Shown here: positions 16,336 to 26,579 of the stretch, in pieces
Numbering within the stretch: position 1 is the first letter of the stretch
Layout: the number at the start of each line of letters is the position of its first letter
Origin: a virus
Reading direction: 5' to 3' (one strand)
IMG/VR virus record: IMGVR_UViG_3300035396_000367
Span: 1-64,000 of that record
Length of the DNA stretch: 64,000 nt
Notes under the pieces: model-generated
What the model saw: only the letters and a program-made list of their open reading frames with translations
The model's database searches: none
What the model was told of the DNA's origin: nothing
Translations under genes and position numbers: made by a program

Positions 16336-16907
16336 CCGAAATATTCAATCTCAGTCTCGCACAACTGATTGACGATAGCTACAGCCTCATCCGTGTATAG
16401 ACCCATGTAGTTATATGCCGGTGTGACATTTAGACTTCGCATACTGACGGATGGTCGTAACATATTCCTTTTTTTTAGAAGTTCCCCAACCTCATCGTCA
16501 AGGTTATCATAATCTATTATTATATCTACTGTTTTCTCACCAGCTTCAGTCAGAATATACTTTGTCTGATCCATGTACATCCATCGATTTATCTCGGTGT
16601 CTGACTCCAACTTATCCTTCCGCAACTTTAAAAATGAAACAAAATCCTCTGGGAATCTTTCAAAACCTGCGTTCTTGTGTTTCAAAAAACTGTAATACGA
16701 CGCTATACGCCTGTAACAATTACGTACAACCGTAAATTTTATGTAGTGTTGATACTTACATCTAAGTTCCTCGGTATCTAACCAGGAGTGTTTATTCCCT
16801 TCCTCACGTTTATCACCGTCTAACAAACCTAGGTAACTACGTAGTGATGTACCCCCTGACTTAGGTATGTGTATGAACAACATTTTGTTTCTGTTAAGTA
16901 CAAGCAT
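16323..16907 (-). CDS. PAPS-dependent sulfotransferase (Sulfotransfer_2 family)
   Basis: 5'-PSB motif FIHIPKSGGTS and 3'-PB motif FTVVRNCYRRIASYY, with typical downstream motifs (DFVSFL, DQTKY, YDNLDDE, EIEYFGW). Confidence 0.9.
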   Translation of the reverse strand: MLVLNRNKMLFIHIPKSGGTSLRSYLGLLDGDKREEGNKHSWLDTEELRCKYQHYIKFTVVRNCYRRIASYYSFLKHKNAGFERFPEDFVSFLKLRKDKLESDTEINRWMYMDQTKYILTEAGEKTVDIIIDYDNLDDEVGELLKKRNMLRPSVSMRSLNVTPAYNYMGLYTDEAVAIVNQLCETEIEYFGWKL

Positions 16908-16937
16908 GATTAACTCCGTTTTAATATTATACTATGG

Positions 16938-19900
16938 TTAGTCTACTATGTACCACACATCTCCGTAGCTACCACCCGAAGTTGGTGCCACAGTTACTAT
17001 GCTAGTTTTTGGAGTACCCTTCGGACCAACGATACCATCATGTGTAACTACTAGGTTACCGGGTGCAATCGAACCAGCGTACACATCTTTATTCTTTGCA
17101 ATAACAACGTCCAGTGTTGTACCTAAGAAAGCTGTCATGTATGCCGACATAAGGTAGTAATAGTCAAAGTACCCATATACTCCACCAAAGTTGAACCTAA
17201 CTAGCCCATTGTTTGAGTCACTTGCAAAGTCAGACCATGCACCGTCTACTGGTTTGAATCTTACCTCACCGTAACTGCTGGTAGAACCATAACTACTGAA
17301 TATATCCTGTGAACCAGAAGCACCCGAAGTTATCCAAGCTTCACCGCCGGTATACAGGAAAACACCATCGGTAGCACCACTACCTATAACCAAATTAGCC
17401 GGTGTATCCACATTACCGGATGGGTTTACTAGCGAACCATCATCCCCGAACTTGTAGGAAGACGCCTCCACCAACATTAGAGCCCAGTTGCTTGCGGATA
17501 CCGCAGGAATGTTTCCTATGTTTCCCAAGTCTATACTCCTGTAAAGACACCCTTTGTAGGATATTATCTCGTCTCTTCCGTAGGGTATAGCGACGTTCCA
17601 CTCTGTCAATCCCGTTAAAGGAATTTTTTGCCAAATAGCACTACCTATATCTGCACGTAAACATTTGTATATGTGTGTAGCGTTACCAACACTTGATACA
17701 AGGGTAGAGGAAGGGGTATAACCCTTAGACAAGTCATCTGTGACTGCAGGTGGTACCGGTACATTGTTTAACTCTAAACCAGAAGCAGTTATTAGAAAAG
17801 TATATACCTCCATGTCCAACGTATATGGGTTTTGGTACCCATAACCATAATCGTAATAATCACCAGCTGTAAAAGTCCCACTAACTACCTGCACCCCTCT
17901 ACCAGTTGTACCACCTTGTGAGAATTTTAACTTATTATCACCAGCCCATAGCTCTTTTACAAGTCCGGAGTAGTATGCGTACTCCATCTGTGTTGTAAGT
18001 ATGCTAAAAATGCCAGGAGATACCTCACCAATATCAGAAATAATACCATTGATGCCTTCTATAGTTTTTTCAACTGTTAGTGTCGCTGGACTTAAAACAA
18101 GGATATTACTTAGTTGCGCTATATTTGCGGCCTCCGAATCACCTTGTGTAGGAGTGTAACCAATCAATAATTTCTGTTGTAAACTATCGTACCGAAGTCT
18201 AACTACGTCAGCCTGATGTATACCGGATGTACCACCGTACACTTTCGCAGGTTTTTTTTGACTCGTATGTGACAAGATTGTCGTAGCAGAAAATGAACTG
18301 CCGTCCAAGTTAACCCTACAAACAACTAAGCTTGTCTGCAACGTAACGTCAATCACACCCGCTACAGCCGCAAAAAACACATAGTTACCGTCTGTCGCCA
18401 TAGGGACTGATGCGCGTAAGAATGTTCCTTGATGATAACCACCTAGATTGTTATCTGGAACTACACCACCTTTAAATGAACCAAGCGGAACATATACAGG
18501 ATGCGCTGAATCGGATACAGTTATAGAAGAACCGTCAAACGAAATACGAACTATGTGTACGGTAGCACCTGCAGCTGTTGTGTCCTTCATGTACGACATA
18601 AACACTTCACCGGAAGATACGTTAAGTAATTCTATACCACCTAGCATGGTCTCAGAACCAACCCCTGGTAATGGTACCTCGTCTAACGTAGTACCAGTAG
18701 CTGAACACACCCGCAGTAATACAGTATCCCTATCAACGCCTGAAACACCTACCAACAATATGTCACTGGATGTTATCAAAGTTGCGCGGACTACCGTATA
18801 AAACCCAGTAATTGTACTTAACAAAGTATCTTGATCATCGTATAACTTAACACCGTCAAGAGGATAAAAAACACCTTGATTTTTTGGCATGTCATGTACT
18901 GTATACGCTGCGTAAAGTAAGTACCCACCTGTGTATTGCGTACCGGGTATTACGCCGCTATGTACCACGTGTCCATTCTGGAGTATATCACCTTGGTGAA
19001 ACCAAATAGTGTAACTCTCGTAACCGCCATACTCGTGCTTCAAGTACCAGCTAACGTACCCATCCTCCGCCGTAGCGTCATACTCTAAATTATTGTACTG
19101 GTTAAGTATGTAGGTCATGTAACCTGGGCCTAGGAGAATCTCAAACGGATCTGATTCCAACGCGCCCATTAGTACACCGTACGTAAGCCAATCTGCATCA
19201 GCGACAGATGGGTTGTGCGTGTTTGCTACTCGTAGCCGCCTATTCAATAGAACAAGGTCACCTCTATTATACCCTGTGATCAATGCTATATCCGTTTTAC
19301 CGGCCGTCCACGTAGAGTAATTCTTTGGATCGTATATAACTGAACTCCCGTACAGTTTTACTTCTCTGTAAAATGAGACGTTACCGGAGTCATAATCCAG
19401 CAAATAGACCCTATCACCAGCTTCATTAAGCATATGCTTAGGGTACTCATTTATATCGCGAGGCTCACTCAGCAACTTTTCCATATGCGTGGTTGTTATA
19501 CCAAACTCTGTGAACCCACCTCCGTTACCACGACCTTTAGCTCTCCATATTCTTACACCTCGTTTTCGAAGCGTGCCCTCCGGCCTAACATCTGTCAAGT
19601 TCGCTATTTCTTCCAGTCCACCAACTGCCAACCAGTCGTAACCTGAACCACTCTTTACCTTAAAGAATACAAACTTATCATCTGCAGATGCTGCTAAAAT
19701 CTCCAGCCCTTTATCTAATGTCGATGTAATCGCAGGCGGTGTACCATTAAAATAAGAAACCATATTCGTATCTGAATATGTTTGTAAAAAATTAACGCTT
19801 CTAAATGGCGTTATACGACCTAATGGAAAGTATACCTCACCCATCCCAAAAGCACTACGTGTACCCTGCTTTATGTAGGAGGACGCTGGCCCTATATATT

Positions 19901-22900
19901 TCCATTGTGCAGCGTCGGAGTACTCAAACCAGTCTCTCCTTGTCTCAGCACCTGTACACTCGTAGACGTTCCAAGAACCATCAGCAAGATTATTTAGTAC
20001 TAGAGTACCTACTGTGTAAAATGTAGTTCCGTTTGTTCCGGTGTACAAATGTTCCCATTCAGAGCCTGCATGTGTAACCCACGCAACTGCAGGGGATGTC
20101 TTCTGCAAATCTTTAGGCACGTATGACCATATAGCCGCACCAGCTGTATTCGAAACACATAACCAGTAACCTAATGGCCAGATCCAAATTGAACCAACCT
20201 TATAACCGCTATTTACGTCGGATGTTACAGATGGTGACTTTGTAGAATCTGTATACGAATCAACGAAACAACTAACCCACACTCCAGAACCATTGTGTAT
20301 GAAAAGTTTTGCAGAACCTGTAGAGTACCAGAATGTTCCTACCGGATAACCATCCGCTTCATTTTCCATAACTGTAGGATCTGAAGCACTCTTTACAAAG
20401 TTATCAGATAGTGCTTTCCATACTGATGAGTTACCAGGAGTAGCACCCTCAGTGTACGTAAGTGAAACGTACAGTTTTTGACTGTAGTAAACAACTCTGT
20501 TTGATTTATAAAACTCGTCTGCACGCCACTCTGTTACAGTTGACTCAGATAAAGCAATCTCTTTTGATTCTGTACCTAATCCTAGTCTTACAACTGATGA
20601 ACTAATTTTACTTATGTCACCTAACCCTAACCCGGCTAATGATTCGTTAACTTTCTGCGATTTAGTAATATCTACGTATAGAGTATTGTTTACGCTGCTA
20701 TTAGTAAATAGCACTGCTTTTAACTGCGAGTCACTTATACTCAATAGAATGTATGAAGTTGTTGAAGCACCTATTTTTATCTGCACATCGCCTAATAGCG
20801 CAGCACTAGACCCTATATAGGTTACAGTCTTCATAGACTTAATTGTCTGTCCATCAAGTGAAACATCTACAAAACTTTTAAACTGAGTGTAGGGTGTGTT
20901 AACAAGAGAAAGATTTTGACCGTATACGTGAGTACCTATAGCATCCCACACGCTCCTTTCCGTACAGGTACCATTACCCGCATCTATGTACTCTGTTATA
21001 GCACCTTGCATAGCTCCCTGGTACGATCCTACGTGTCTTCCAAAGAATGCACCAACACCAGCGTTAAGTCCGAATAATGTGTATGGATTTCCAGAATCAC
21101 CCTCCACCTCATACACAAATGTAGCTGCGAAAGGAGCTCCATTTGGGTTCAATTTAATTAGTACATCTCTCCTGTACGATGTTCCGTATATCTTTTTCGT
21201 AACTATAAACGCTAAATCACCAGCACCTGTATTCGGGTGGCTAAATACAATCGGATTATCTCTAAAACTCCAACCGGAACCAGCTGCGTATGACGATGTC
21301 CCTAAATAAACACCAGAGCTTGTGTAACACCAAAATGTCGTCGTAGCACCATTTAAGTAGAAGTACAGATGGTTACCTTGCACAAAAAACCCACTTGGAT
21401 TATTTGGGAAGTCTGTGTTTGTAGTAACAACAACCGTAGACCCTGAAAGTATAAAAGTCACATGCCGGTACGACTGACCGGTTATTGAACAAACAAGTAC
21501 TTTTTTACCATCCTTAAACCCAAACGCTGATGCACCATTAACGCCGGATACGTTGTATGTTGTTAGAGTTGGTGATACAAAAGTATTTCCATAGTAAGCT
21601 ACCTCTACTGACGTTCCCACTGTCAGCTTGGATACACCTACCAACCCACCGTCTATCAAATGATTCCATATGTTTGAAACTGTTGTTAGCATAGGATTAG
21701 CATTCGACACGGACCACGTGTCTGTAGTATCCCCGGATATGTCTAAATACTTTTCAGTAAAAGCGTCCCAGTACGAACCATCTTGAGGCTGCTGATTTAT
21801 ATTATTAGTTTTACATCGCCAAGTAACTCCCGCGTATAAAACAAATTCACCCTCTGTATAGTTTAAACTGCTAGACCACTCTTTGTAAGTATTACCGATA
21901 GAGGACACTGCTTCTGAAATTAAATCAGCATAGTAAAACCTTTTCCAAAACGCATCACCTACCGAGGAAGAAATACATATGTACTCACCATATATGGAAC
22001 CTGTTGAGTAGCCTAATGTGGAGTCATCCTGTTTAGCAGGAGTTACGTATCTTTCTGATAAATCAGTTTGAAATAGCAAGGAGCTATCCACTGATTCCAG
22101 CTTTACTATTATGTCTAGATTCCCTGTGGATGTATTAAAGTAATTAACAGATACTAAACAGTCACCAATTGTTCCTACAGCTTGTGTCAACTCTCCCTTA
22201 TATCTTATCTCACCATCCTCCAGTACTGCCTGATGTAGTACTCGGTTACTGTCAGTATAGAGTATGTGCAGGAATGATTCACCTGTGGCTCTCTTTAGTA
22301 CGACCAGTTGAATAGATACATACGTAAATGAAAAATCATACTCTACGTAGGATCTGTCCGTATTAACTTCTACTATTTTTGATACGTTACTAAATGCTAA
22401 AAAGAATTTACCATCTGCACTGTTTGCAGCACCAGCTACTGGTATTGCGTCTGCCCAGTTTAACAAGTCTACGTATGACGGAGCATTTGTAAAACCACCT
22501 GTAGCGTAAAAAACAATTCTAGAATCAGGAGGTGTTGATGTAAAACTTTTGTAAGCAAATAATGCATTTTTCCCAAGAGAGGTACCGTCAACAACTGGAA
22601 CGAACTCAGTTGCTAAAGCAATATTACCAAGGCTTGTATCCTCCGTTATATCGGCCCCATTATTTACAGCGAATAGTTGAACTTTACTCTGATCAGAGTT
22701 CCATAAAGTTAACGCTGTGTAACCACTTTGTGATAATTTCGAACCGAGTATACTAAAGCTGTATGCGTACCTATTGGACCATGAGCTAAGTACGCCACCA
22801 GCCTGTACCGACTGCTTTGTTGCCCACTGTAGTTGACTATTTACTCTCCACAATTTTATTCTATCTGCGTCAGAAAACTCAAAATCAAAAAAGGATATAC

Positions 22901-25900
22901 CTGAAACATCATATTCCTCTTCGTACACAAAATTTCCTGAGAGTTTGTATATCGTAGTACCGTACTTTATGTAGAATATATTTGTATCAGCAATCTGCCG
23001 AATTAAATCTGGTAGAATAGAAACTGTTACACCACCCATACCTTTAAACGTTACAAGTCCTATGTTTTTGTTTAAACCTATTCTATTAAAATTAGAAACT
23101 GTATGCTTTAATGAGCCTTGTGCTATACTTACCCACACCGCAGATCCAACTGTTGCGTCCACGCAAATGAAAATACTTGTTCCGTTTACCCAGTGGACAC
23201 CCACCGTGTGCCCGTCTAACTCGTCATCATTGACTGTCGGATTACTTGAGGATGTAAAAACCGATGAACCACCAACCTTATGCCACGATTGCGAATAGAA
23301 TATGTAACAATCAGAACCGTAGTACCATAGGGAACCGTTTTCGTAAAGTGTGTCACCTAACCCCGGGGCTCTCTCCCCGTACACTACTTCATTTTTACCA
23401 TTAGGTATAAGCACTCCATCTTTTATAAAGTACCCTTCATTTGACACTAACCTTACAAAATATCCGTACAGTGGAAATGATGCTGGTATCACATCATATA
23501 GTGTATCGGATACAATAGACGTTACAGTATCAGAAGTAAATATCGAAAACTCAACACCAGGATCTACAGAGTTACTGTTTGATACTAGAGAACCTTCAAC
23601 TACTTCCGCTGTATAGTTTGAAACTAACTTTTCCTTTACTACTGCAGTAGTCGAAACTCCAAATTTAAAAAGTGAGGAGTGTACACCAACCGAAACTGTC
23701 TCCCACGCAGCTGATGTCCCAGGTACATCGGATGTGTTCTCCAAGCATTTATACCAACCACCGTTGTAGCTGAATACCCATCCACCAATCCCGGTACCGG
23801 AGAACGATATTACAGAAGCCTGCTGTTTTAAACAGTAAGCTGCACCTTTCTTGTACAGAACCGATGAATAACTTATTGGAATATCAGTCTCTACTTCACC
23901 CAGTATTGCACCTGTAGCTGAGTCATAATCGTACTCATAAATTGTGAACTTTCCATAGTACCCGAAAGCAATTGCGAAACCTTTATCTGTAGGTGCTATT
24001 GATATTTTTGACAACGGTACAGTATACACACCCGAAGCGAACGCAACATCCCAGAAAAAGTCTACATCTGTAAACATGTCCGATATTTCTGTCAACGCGG
24101 ATTGTGTTGGTAAATCCACCCTACCTGTCCCATCAAATACATAAGTGACAAGTGTGCTAGTTGAACCGTACAAAGTAGCTGCATAGTAACCTGAGTAAAT
24201 AACCCGCCCTTTGCTGTAACTACTTACTGCGTGTACAAGATTTGCTGTTTGTGCACTACTAATAACTGCACCGGTGTAATCAACATACGTGTAAGTGAGT
24301 GTGTTACCTAAATACATGGATTGGGATGAGTGACACGGAAGAATTAAAAGTATCTTTCCACCTACAGAATAAACACGAATCATGTCCCTAAAATAGCTAA
24401 GCTGTGCCCCATCTATTTTTGTTCCGAAGTAACCAAACAAAGGTGTACGTGTAGTAATAGTAGTTAGTGAACCACCAACCATTGTTGCAGTTTTCAAATA
24501 AGCATTGTCGTGTGTCGCAGTTACGAATAGTAAAAATAGTTTTCCATTAGCAACTGTTATATCACATAGAAAATCTGCGTAGGCAACAACCGTGTCAGCG
24601 TCTACTCCATTTGAGAAAGTCACTCCGGATACAGAGCTAACCCACAACCACATAGTACCTTCAAATAAGAAAGATCCACTAGAAAATGCTGTAGCAGTTA
24701 TTGAGTCAACCAGTGTGCTCGTCATCGAAACATCTGCCTCTATAGAGCTGTCGTTTTGAGAAACGTTTACCCACACTGACGCACCTGTAGCTTTAACTGT
24801 GCAGATATATACTACACCCTCTTCAGTAACCCAAATAGTTCCTTCATCATACGTATCATCTGTCACTGACGGTGCTACCAATTTATCAGCTAATGTAATT
24901 GCTGAAACCTTAACCCAAACTGCTGAACCAACTAGTGAAGAAGAACAGTAATACACTGATGACGATGTAAACCATAGTGACCCCTTCGCGTAACCTAAAT
25001 GCGCGTCATCGCTATTTGTAGGGTTCGAAGTTGCACCGTACTTATTAGTTCCTCCGGATATCTGTACCCACGCCGCTGACTTATTGCTAGAACTAACGCA
25101 GAAATAGATCACACCACGGTATACTGAAAAGTCCCCTGACTTATACCCAGAGGATTCGTTATGAGCTAATGACGGAAGAACAGTCATGTCATGAATTGCT
25201 GATGTAATTTTTACCCACTTCGAACCTGTTGAGTCTGAGAATACACACAGGTATGTAGCTCCGTTAACACAGGATGTACTCCCTACACTGTACCCATTAG
25301 ATAAATTCATAGATGAATCTGGGTACTTTTCTACGCTCGCGTATGTTACAACTGCTGCATGTGTAGACAATGCGTCAACACCTACAAACCAAATACTGGA
25401 TACGTCCTCGGATGGAAGAATATCTCTTAGGCTGTATATGTTTGGTGCTAACCCTGAACCAGATTTTTCTAAAGCTAAACTCTCTTTAGAGATAGAAAAG
25501 ACATTTAAGTCTGTGCTGAATATGCTGAACAAATTAAATACGTTACCGTTTTCAACAACTTCAAATTTTGCTGGCTGTGTGTTAGAAACTATCTCCTTTA
25601 CTTCCCCAATGCTACCTCGGTGTAACCCTACGTGAGCACCTTTCACCTTCAGGTTAGTTCCCTGGAAGATAATAGTACCAGATACAAGATTAAATGCGTA
25701 ATCTGTTCCTGAGAATAACTTTGCAGCTTCACCTATGTATTCGTCAGGGCATACAGTTTCAAGCAAATAGTTTACAGAAGTTTTGTACAAACCATTTTGT
25801 GTAACCATACCTCCGCCGGCAGGACCTATTTCCCCGTATAATGTTGTTACAAGATTAGCTTTTGCTTCTGACCCTTTATATATAGAGCCATTCTTAGTCA

Positions 25901-26570
25901 ATACTGCCGTAGCGTATGTACCTTCAAACGCAGTCCTGAAAGCAGTTTCATCATAATAATAACTTGGCGTACCTGTACCGTTTCCGAAATCAAATGTTTG
26001 AACACCATTAAAAGACTTATCAGCGAAAACACTCCAATTATTTTGAGATGCTGGCAACATCTTAATTGAGAAAACAGTAGGTGGAACACCAGGTACACTT
26101 CCACCTGGTGTTATTGGATCTTCTCTCCACGCTCGAACCGTACCCACGCTACCTGGTACCAACCCTTGCGCAGTTGTTAGATAAAACTTATCCCAACCCC
26201 AGTGCATTGTTGGATTACCCTCTACTGTAAGTCTTACCCACTCCTTACCGTCTTCAATAGAACCCATAGGTATCAAGTTAGCTGCTGTTGGATTTGCACT
26301 CGTTGGATTATTTAGTGGAGCAACGTCGTATGCTGTAAAATTTTCAACCGGAAAAGTAGCTATAACTTCTGCACCAAAAACTATTAGCACCGTTCCGTTA
26401 TCATCTACGTTCACATCCATGTTTACAAGACTCTTGTGTTCTGTCTCGTAAATTATTGAGTTAGATATTTCGACACCAGTATCCAGCCGCTTGCGTATAA
26501 GTCGTATCGAGTTACCCTCTATAGCAGCCGTGTATATAACTTCATTTTTAATTATTGTCTTAGTACTCAT
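16938..26570 (-). CDS. Giant tail fibre/adhesin (3,210 aa) with CBM5/12-like and PTxxDD-GY-W repeats
   Basis: Rich in S/G/T/V/Y. About 10 copies of P-x3-DD-x3-GY-xx-GS-x-W...Y-x-C...AVW and several W-x5-Y-x2-G-x2-V-x-Y-x-G modules; C-terminal APTSGGSYGDVWY; located in the tail gene cluster. Confidence 0.75.
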   Translation of the reverse strand: MSTKTIIKNEVIYTAAIEGNSIRLIRKRLDTGVEISNSIIYETEHKSLVNMDVNVDDNGTVLIVFGAEVIATFPVENFTAYDVAPLNNPTSANPTAANLIPMGSIEDGKEWVRLTVEGNPTMHWGWDKFYLTTAQGLVPGSVGTVRAWREDPITPGGSVPGVPPTVFSIKMLPASQNNWSVFADKSFNGVQTFDFGNGTGTPSYYYDETAFRTAFEGTYATAVLTKNGSIYKGSEAKANLVTTLYGEIGPAGGGMVTQNGLYKTSVNYLLETVCPDEYIGEAAKLFSGTDYAFNLVSGTIIFQGTNLKVKGAHVGLHRGSIGEVKEIVSNTQPAKFEVVENGNVFNLFSIFSTDLNVFSISKESLALEKSGSGLAPNIYSLRDILPSEDVSSIWFVGVDALSTHAAVVTYASVEKYPDSSMNLSNGYSVGSTSCVNGATYLCVFSDSTGSKWVKITSAIHDMTVLPSLAHNESSGYKSGDFSVYRGVIYFCVSSSNKSAAWVQISGGTNKYGATSNPTNSDDAHLGYAKGSLWFTSSSVYYCSSSLVGSAVWVKVSAITLADKLVAPSVTDDTYDEGTIWVTEEGVVYICTVKATGASVWVNVSQNDSSIEADVSMTSTLVDSITATAFSSGSFLFEGTMWLWVSSVSGVTFSNGVDADTVVAYADFLCDITVANGKLFLLFVTATHDNAYLKTATMVGGSLTTITTRTPLFGYFGTKIDGAQLSYFRDMIRVYSVGGKILLILPCHSSQSMYLGNTLTYTYVDYTGAVISSAQTANLVHAVSSYSKGRVIYSGYYAATLYGSTSTLVTYVFDGTGRVDLPTQSALTEISDMFTDVDFFWDVAFASGVYTVPLSKISIAPTDKGFAIAFGYYGKFTIYEYDYDSATGAILGEVETDIPISYSSVLYKKGAAYCLKQQASVISFSGTGIGGWVFSYNGGWYKCLENTSDVPGTSAAWETVSVGVHSSLFKFGVSTTAVVKEKLVSNYTAEVVEGSLVSNSNSVDPGVEFSIFTSDTVTSIVSDTLYDVIPASFPLYGYFVRLVSNEGYFIKDGVLIPNGKNEVVYGERAPGLGDTLYENGSLWYYGSDCYIFYSQSWHKVGGSSVFTSSSNPTVNDDELDGHTVGVHWVNGTSIFICVDATVGSAVWVSIAQGSLKHTVSNFNRIGLNKNIGLVTFKGMGGVTVSILPDLIRQIADTNIFYIKYGTTIYKLSGNFVYEEEYDVSGISFFDFEFSDADRIKLWRVNSQLQWATKQSVQAGGVLSSWSNRYAYSFSILGSKLSQSGYTALTLWNSDQSKVQLFAVNNGADITEDTSLGNIALATEFVPVVDGTSLGKNALFAYKSFTSTPPDSRIVFYATGGFTNAPSYVDLLNWADAIPVAGAANSADGKFFLAFSNVSKIVEVNTDRSYVEYDFSFTYVSIQLVVLKRATGESFLHILYTDSNRVLHQAVLEDGEIRYKGELTQAVGTIGDCLVSVNYFNTSTGNLDIIVKLESVDSSLLFQTDLSERYVTPAKQDDSTLGYSTGSIYGEYICISSSVGDAFWKRFYYADLISEAVSSIGNTYKEWSSSLNYTEGEFVLYAGVTWRCKTNNINQQPQDGSYWDAFTEKYLDISGDTTDTWSVSNANPMLTTVSNIWNHLIDGGLVGVSKLTVGTSVEVAYYGNTFVSPTLTTYNVSGVNGASAFGFKDGKKVLVCSITGQSYRHVTFILSGSTVVVTTNTDFPNNPSGFFVQGNHLYFYLNGATTTFWCYTSSGVYLGTSSYAAGSGWSFRDNPIVFSHPNTGAGDLAFIVTKKIYGTSYRRDVLIKLNPNGAPFAATFVYEVEGDSGNPYTLFGLNAGVGAFFGRHVGSYQGAMQGAITEYIDAGNGTCTERSVWDAIGTHVYGQNLSLVNTPYTQFKSFVDVSLDGQTIKSMKTVTYIGSSAALLGDVQIKIGASTTSYILLSISDSQLKAVLFTNSSVNNTLYVDITKSQKVNESLAGLGLGDISKISSSVVRLGLGTESKEIALSESTVTEWRADEFYKSNRVVYYSQKLYVSLTYTEGATPGNSSVWKALSDNFVKSASDPTVMENEADGYPVGTFWYSTGSAKLFIHNGSGVWVSCFVDSYTDSTKSPSVTSDVNSGYKVGSIWIWPLGYWLCVSNTAGAAIWSYVPKDLQKTSPAVAWVTHAGSEWEHLYTGTNGTTFYTVGTLVLNNLADGSWNVYECTGAETRRDWFEYSDAAQWKYIGPASSYIKQGTRSAFGMGEVYFPLGRITPFRSVNFLQTYSDTNMVSYFNGTPPAITSTLDKGLEILAASADDKFVFFKVKSGSGYDWLAVGGLEEIANLTDVRPEGTLRKRGVRIWRAKGRGNGGGFTEFGITTTHMEKLLSEPRDINEYPKHMLNEAGDRVYLLDYDSGNVSFYREVKLYGSSVIYDPKNYSTWTAGKTDIALITGYNRGDLVLLNRRLRVANTHNPSVADADWLTYGVLMGALESDPFEILLGPGYMTYILNQYNNLEYDATAEDGYVSWYLKHEYGGYESYTIWFHQGDILQNGHVVHSGVIPGTQYTGGYLLYAAYTVHDMPKNQGVFYPLDGVKLYDDQDTLLSTITGFYTVVRATLITSSDILLVGVSGVDRDTVLLRVCSATGTTLDEVPLPGVGSETMLGGIELLNVSSGEVFMSYMKDTTAAGATVHIVRISFDGSSITVSDSAHPVYVPLGSFKGGVVPDNNLGGYHQGTFLRASVPMATDGNYVFFAAVAGVIDVTLQTSLVVCRVNLDGSSFSATTILSHTSQKKPAKVYGGTSGIHQADVVRLRYDSLQQKLLIGYTPTQGDSEAANIAQLSNILVLSPATLTVEKTIEGINGIISDIGEVSPGIFSILTTQMEYAYYSGLVKELWAGDNKLKFSQGGTTGRGVQVVSGTFTAGDYYDYGYGYQNPYTLDMEVYTFLITASGLELNNVPVPPAVTDDLSKGYTPSSTLVSSVGNATHIYKCLRADIGSAIWQKIPLTGLTEWNVAIPYGRDEIISYKGCLYRSIDLGNIGNIPAVSASNWALMLVEASSYKFGDDGSLVNPSGNVDTPANLVIGSGATDGVFLYTGGEAWITSGASGSQDIFSSYGSTSSYGEVRFKPVDGAWSDFASDSNNGLVRFNFGGVYGYFDYYYLMSAYMTAFLGTTLDVVIAKNKDVYAGSIAPGNLVVTHDGIVGPKGTPKTSIVTVAPTSGGSYGDVWYIVD

Positions 26571-26579
26571 GTTACTACC

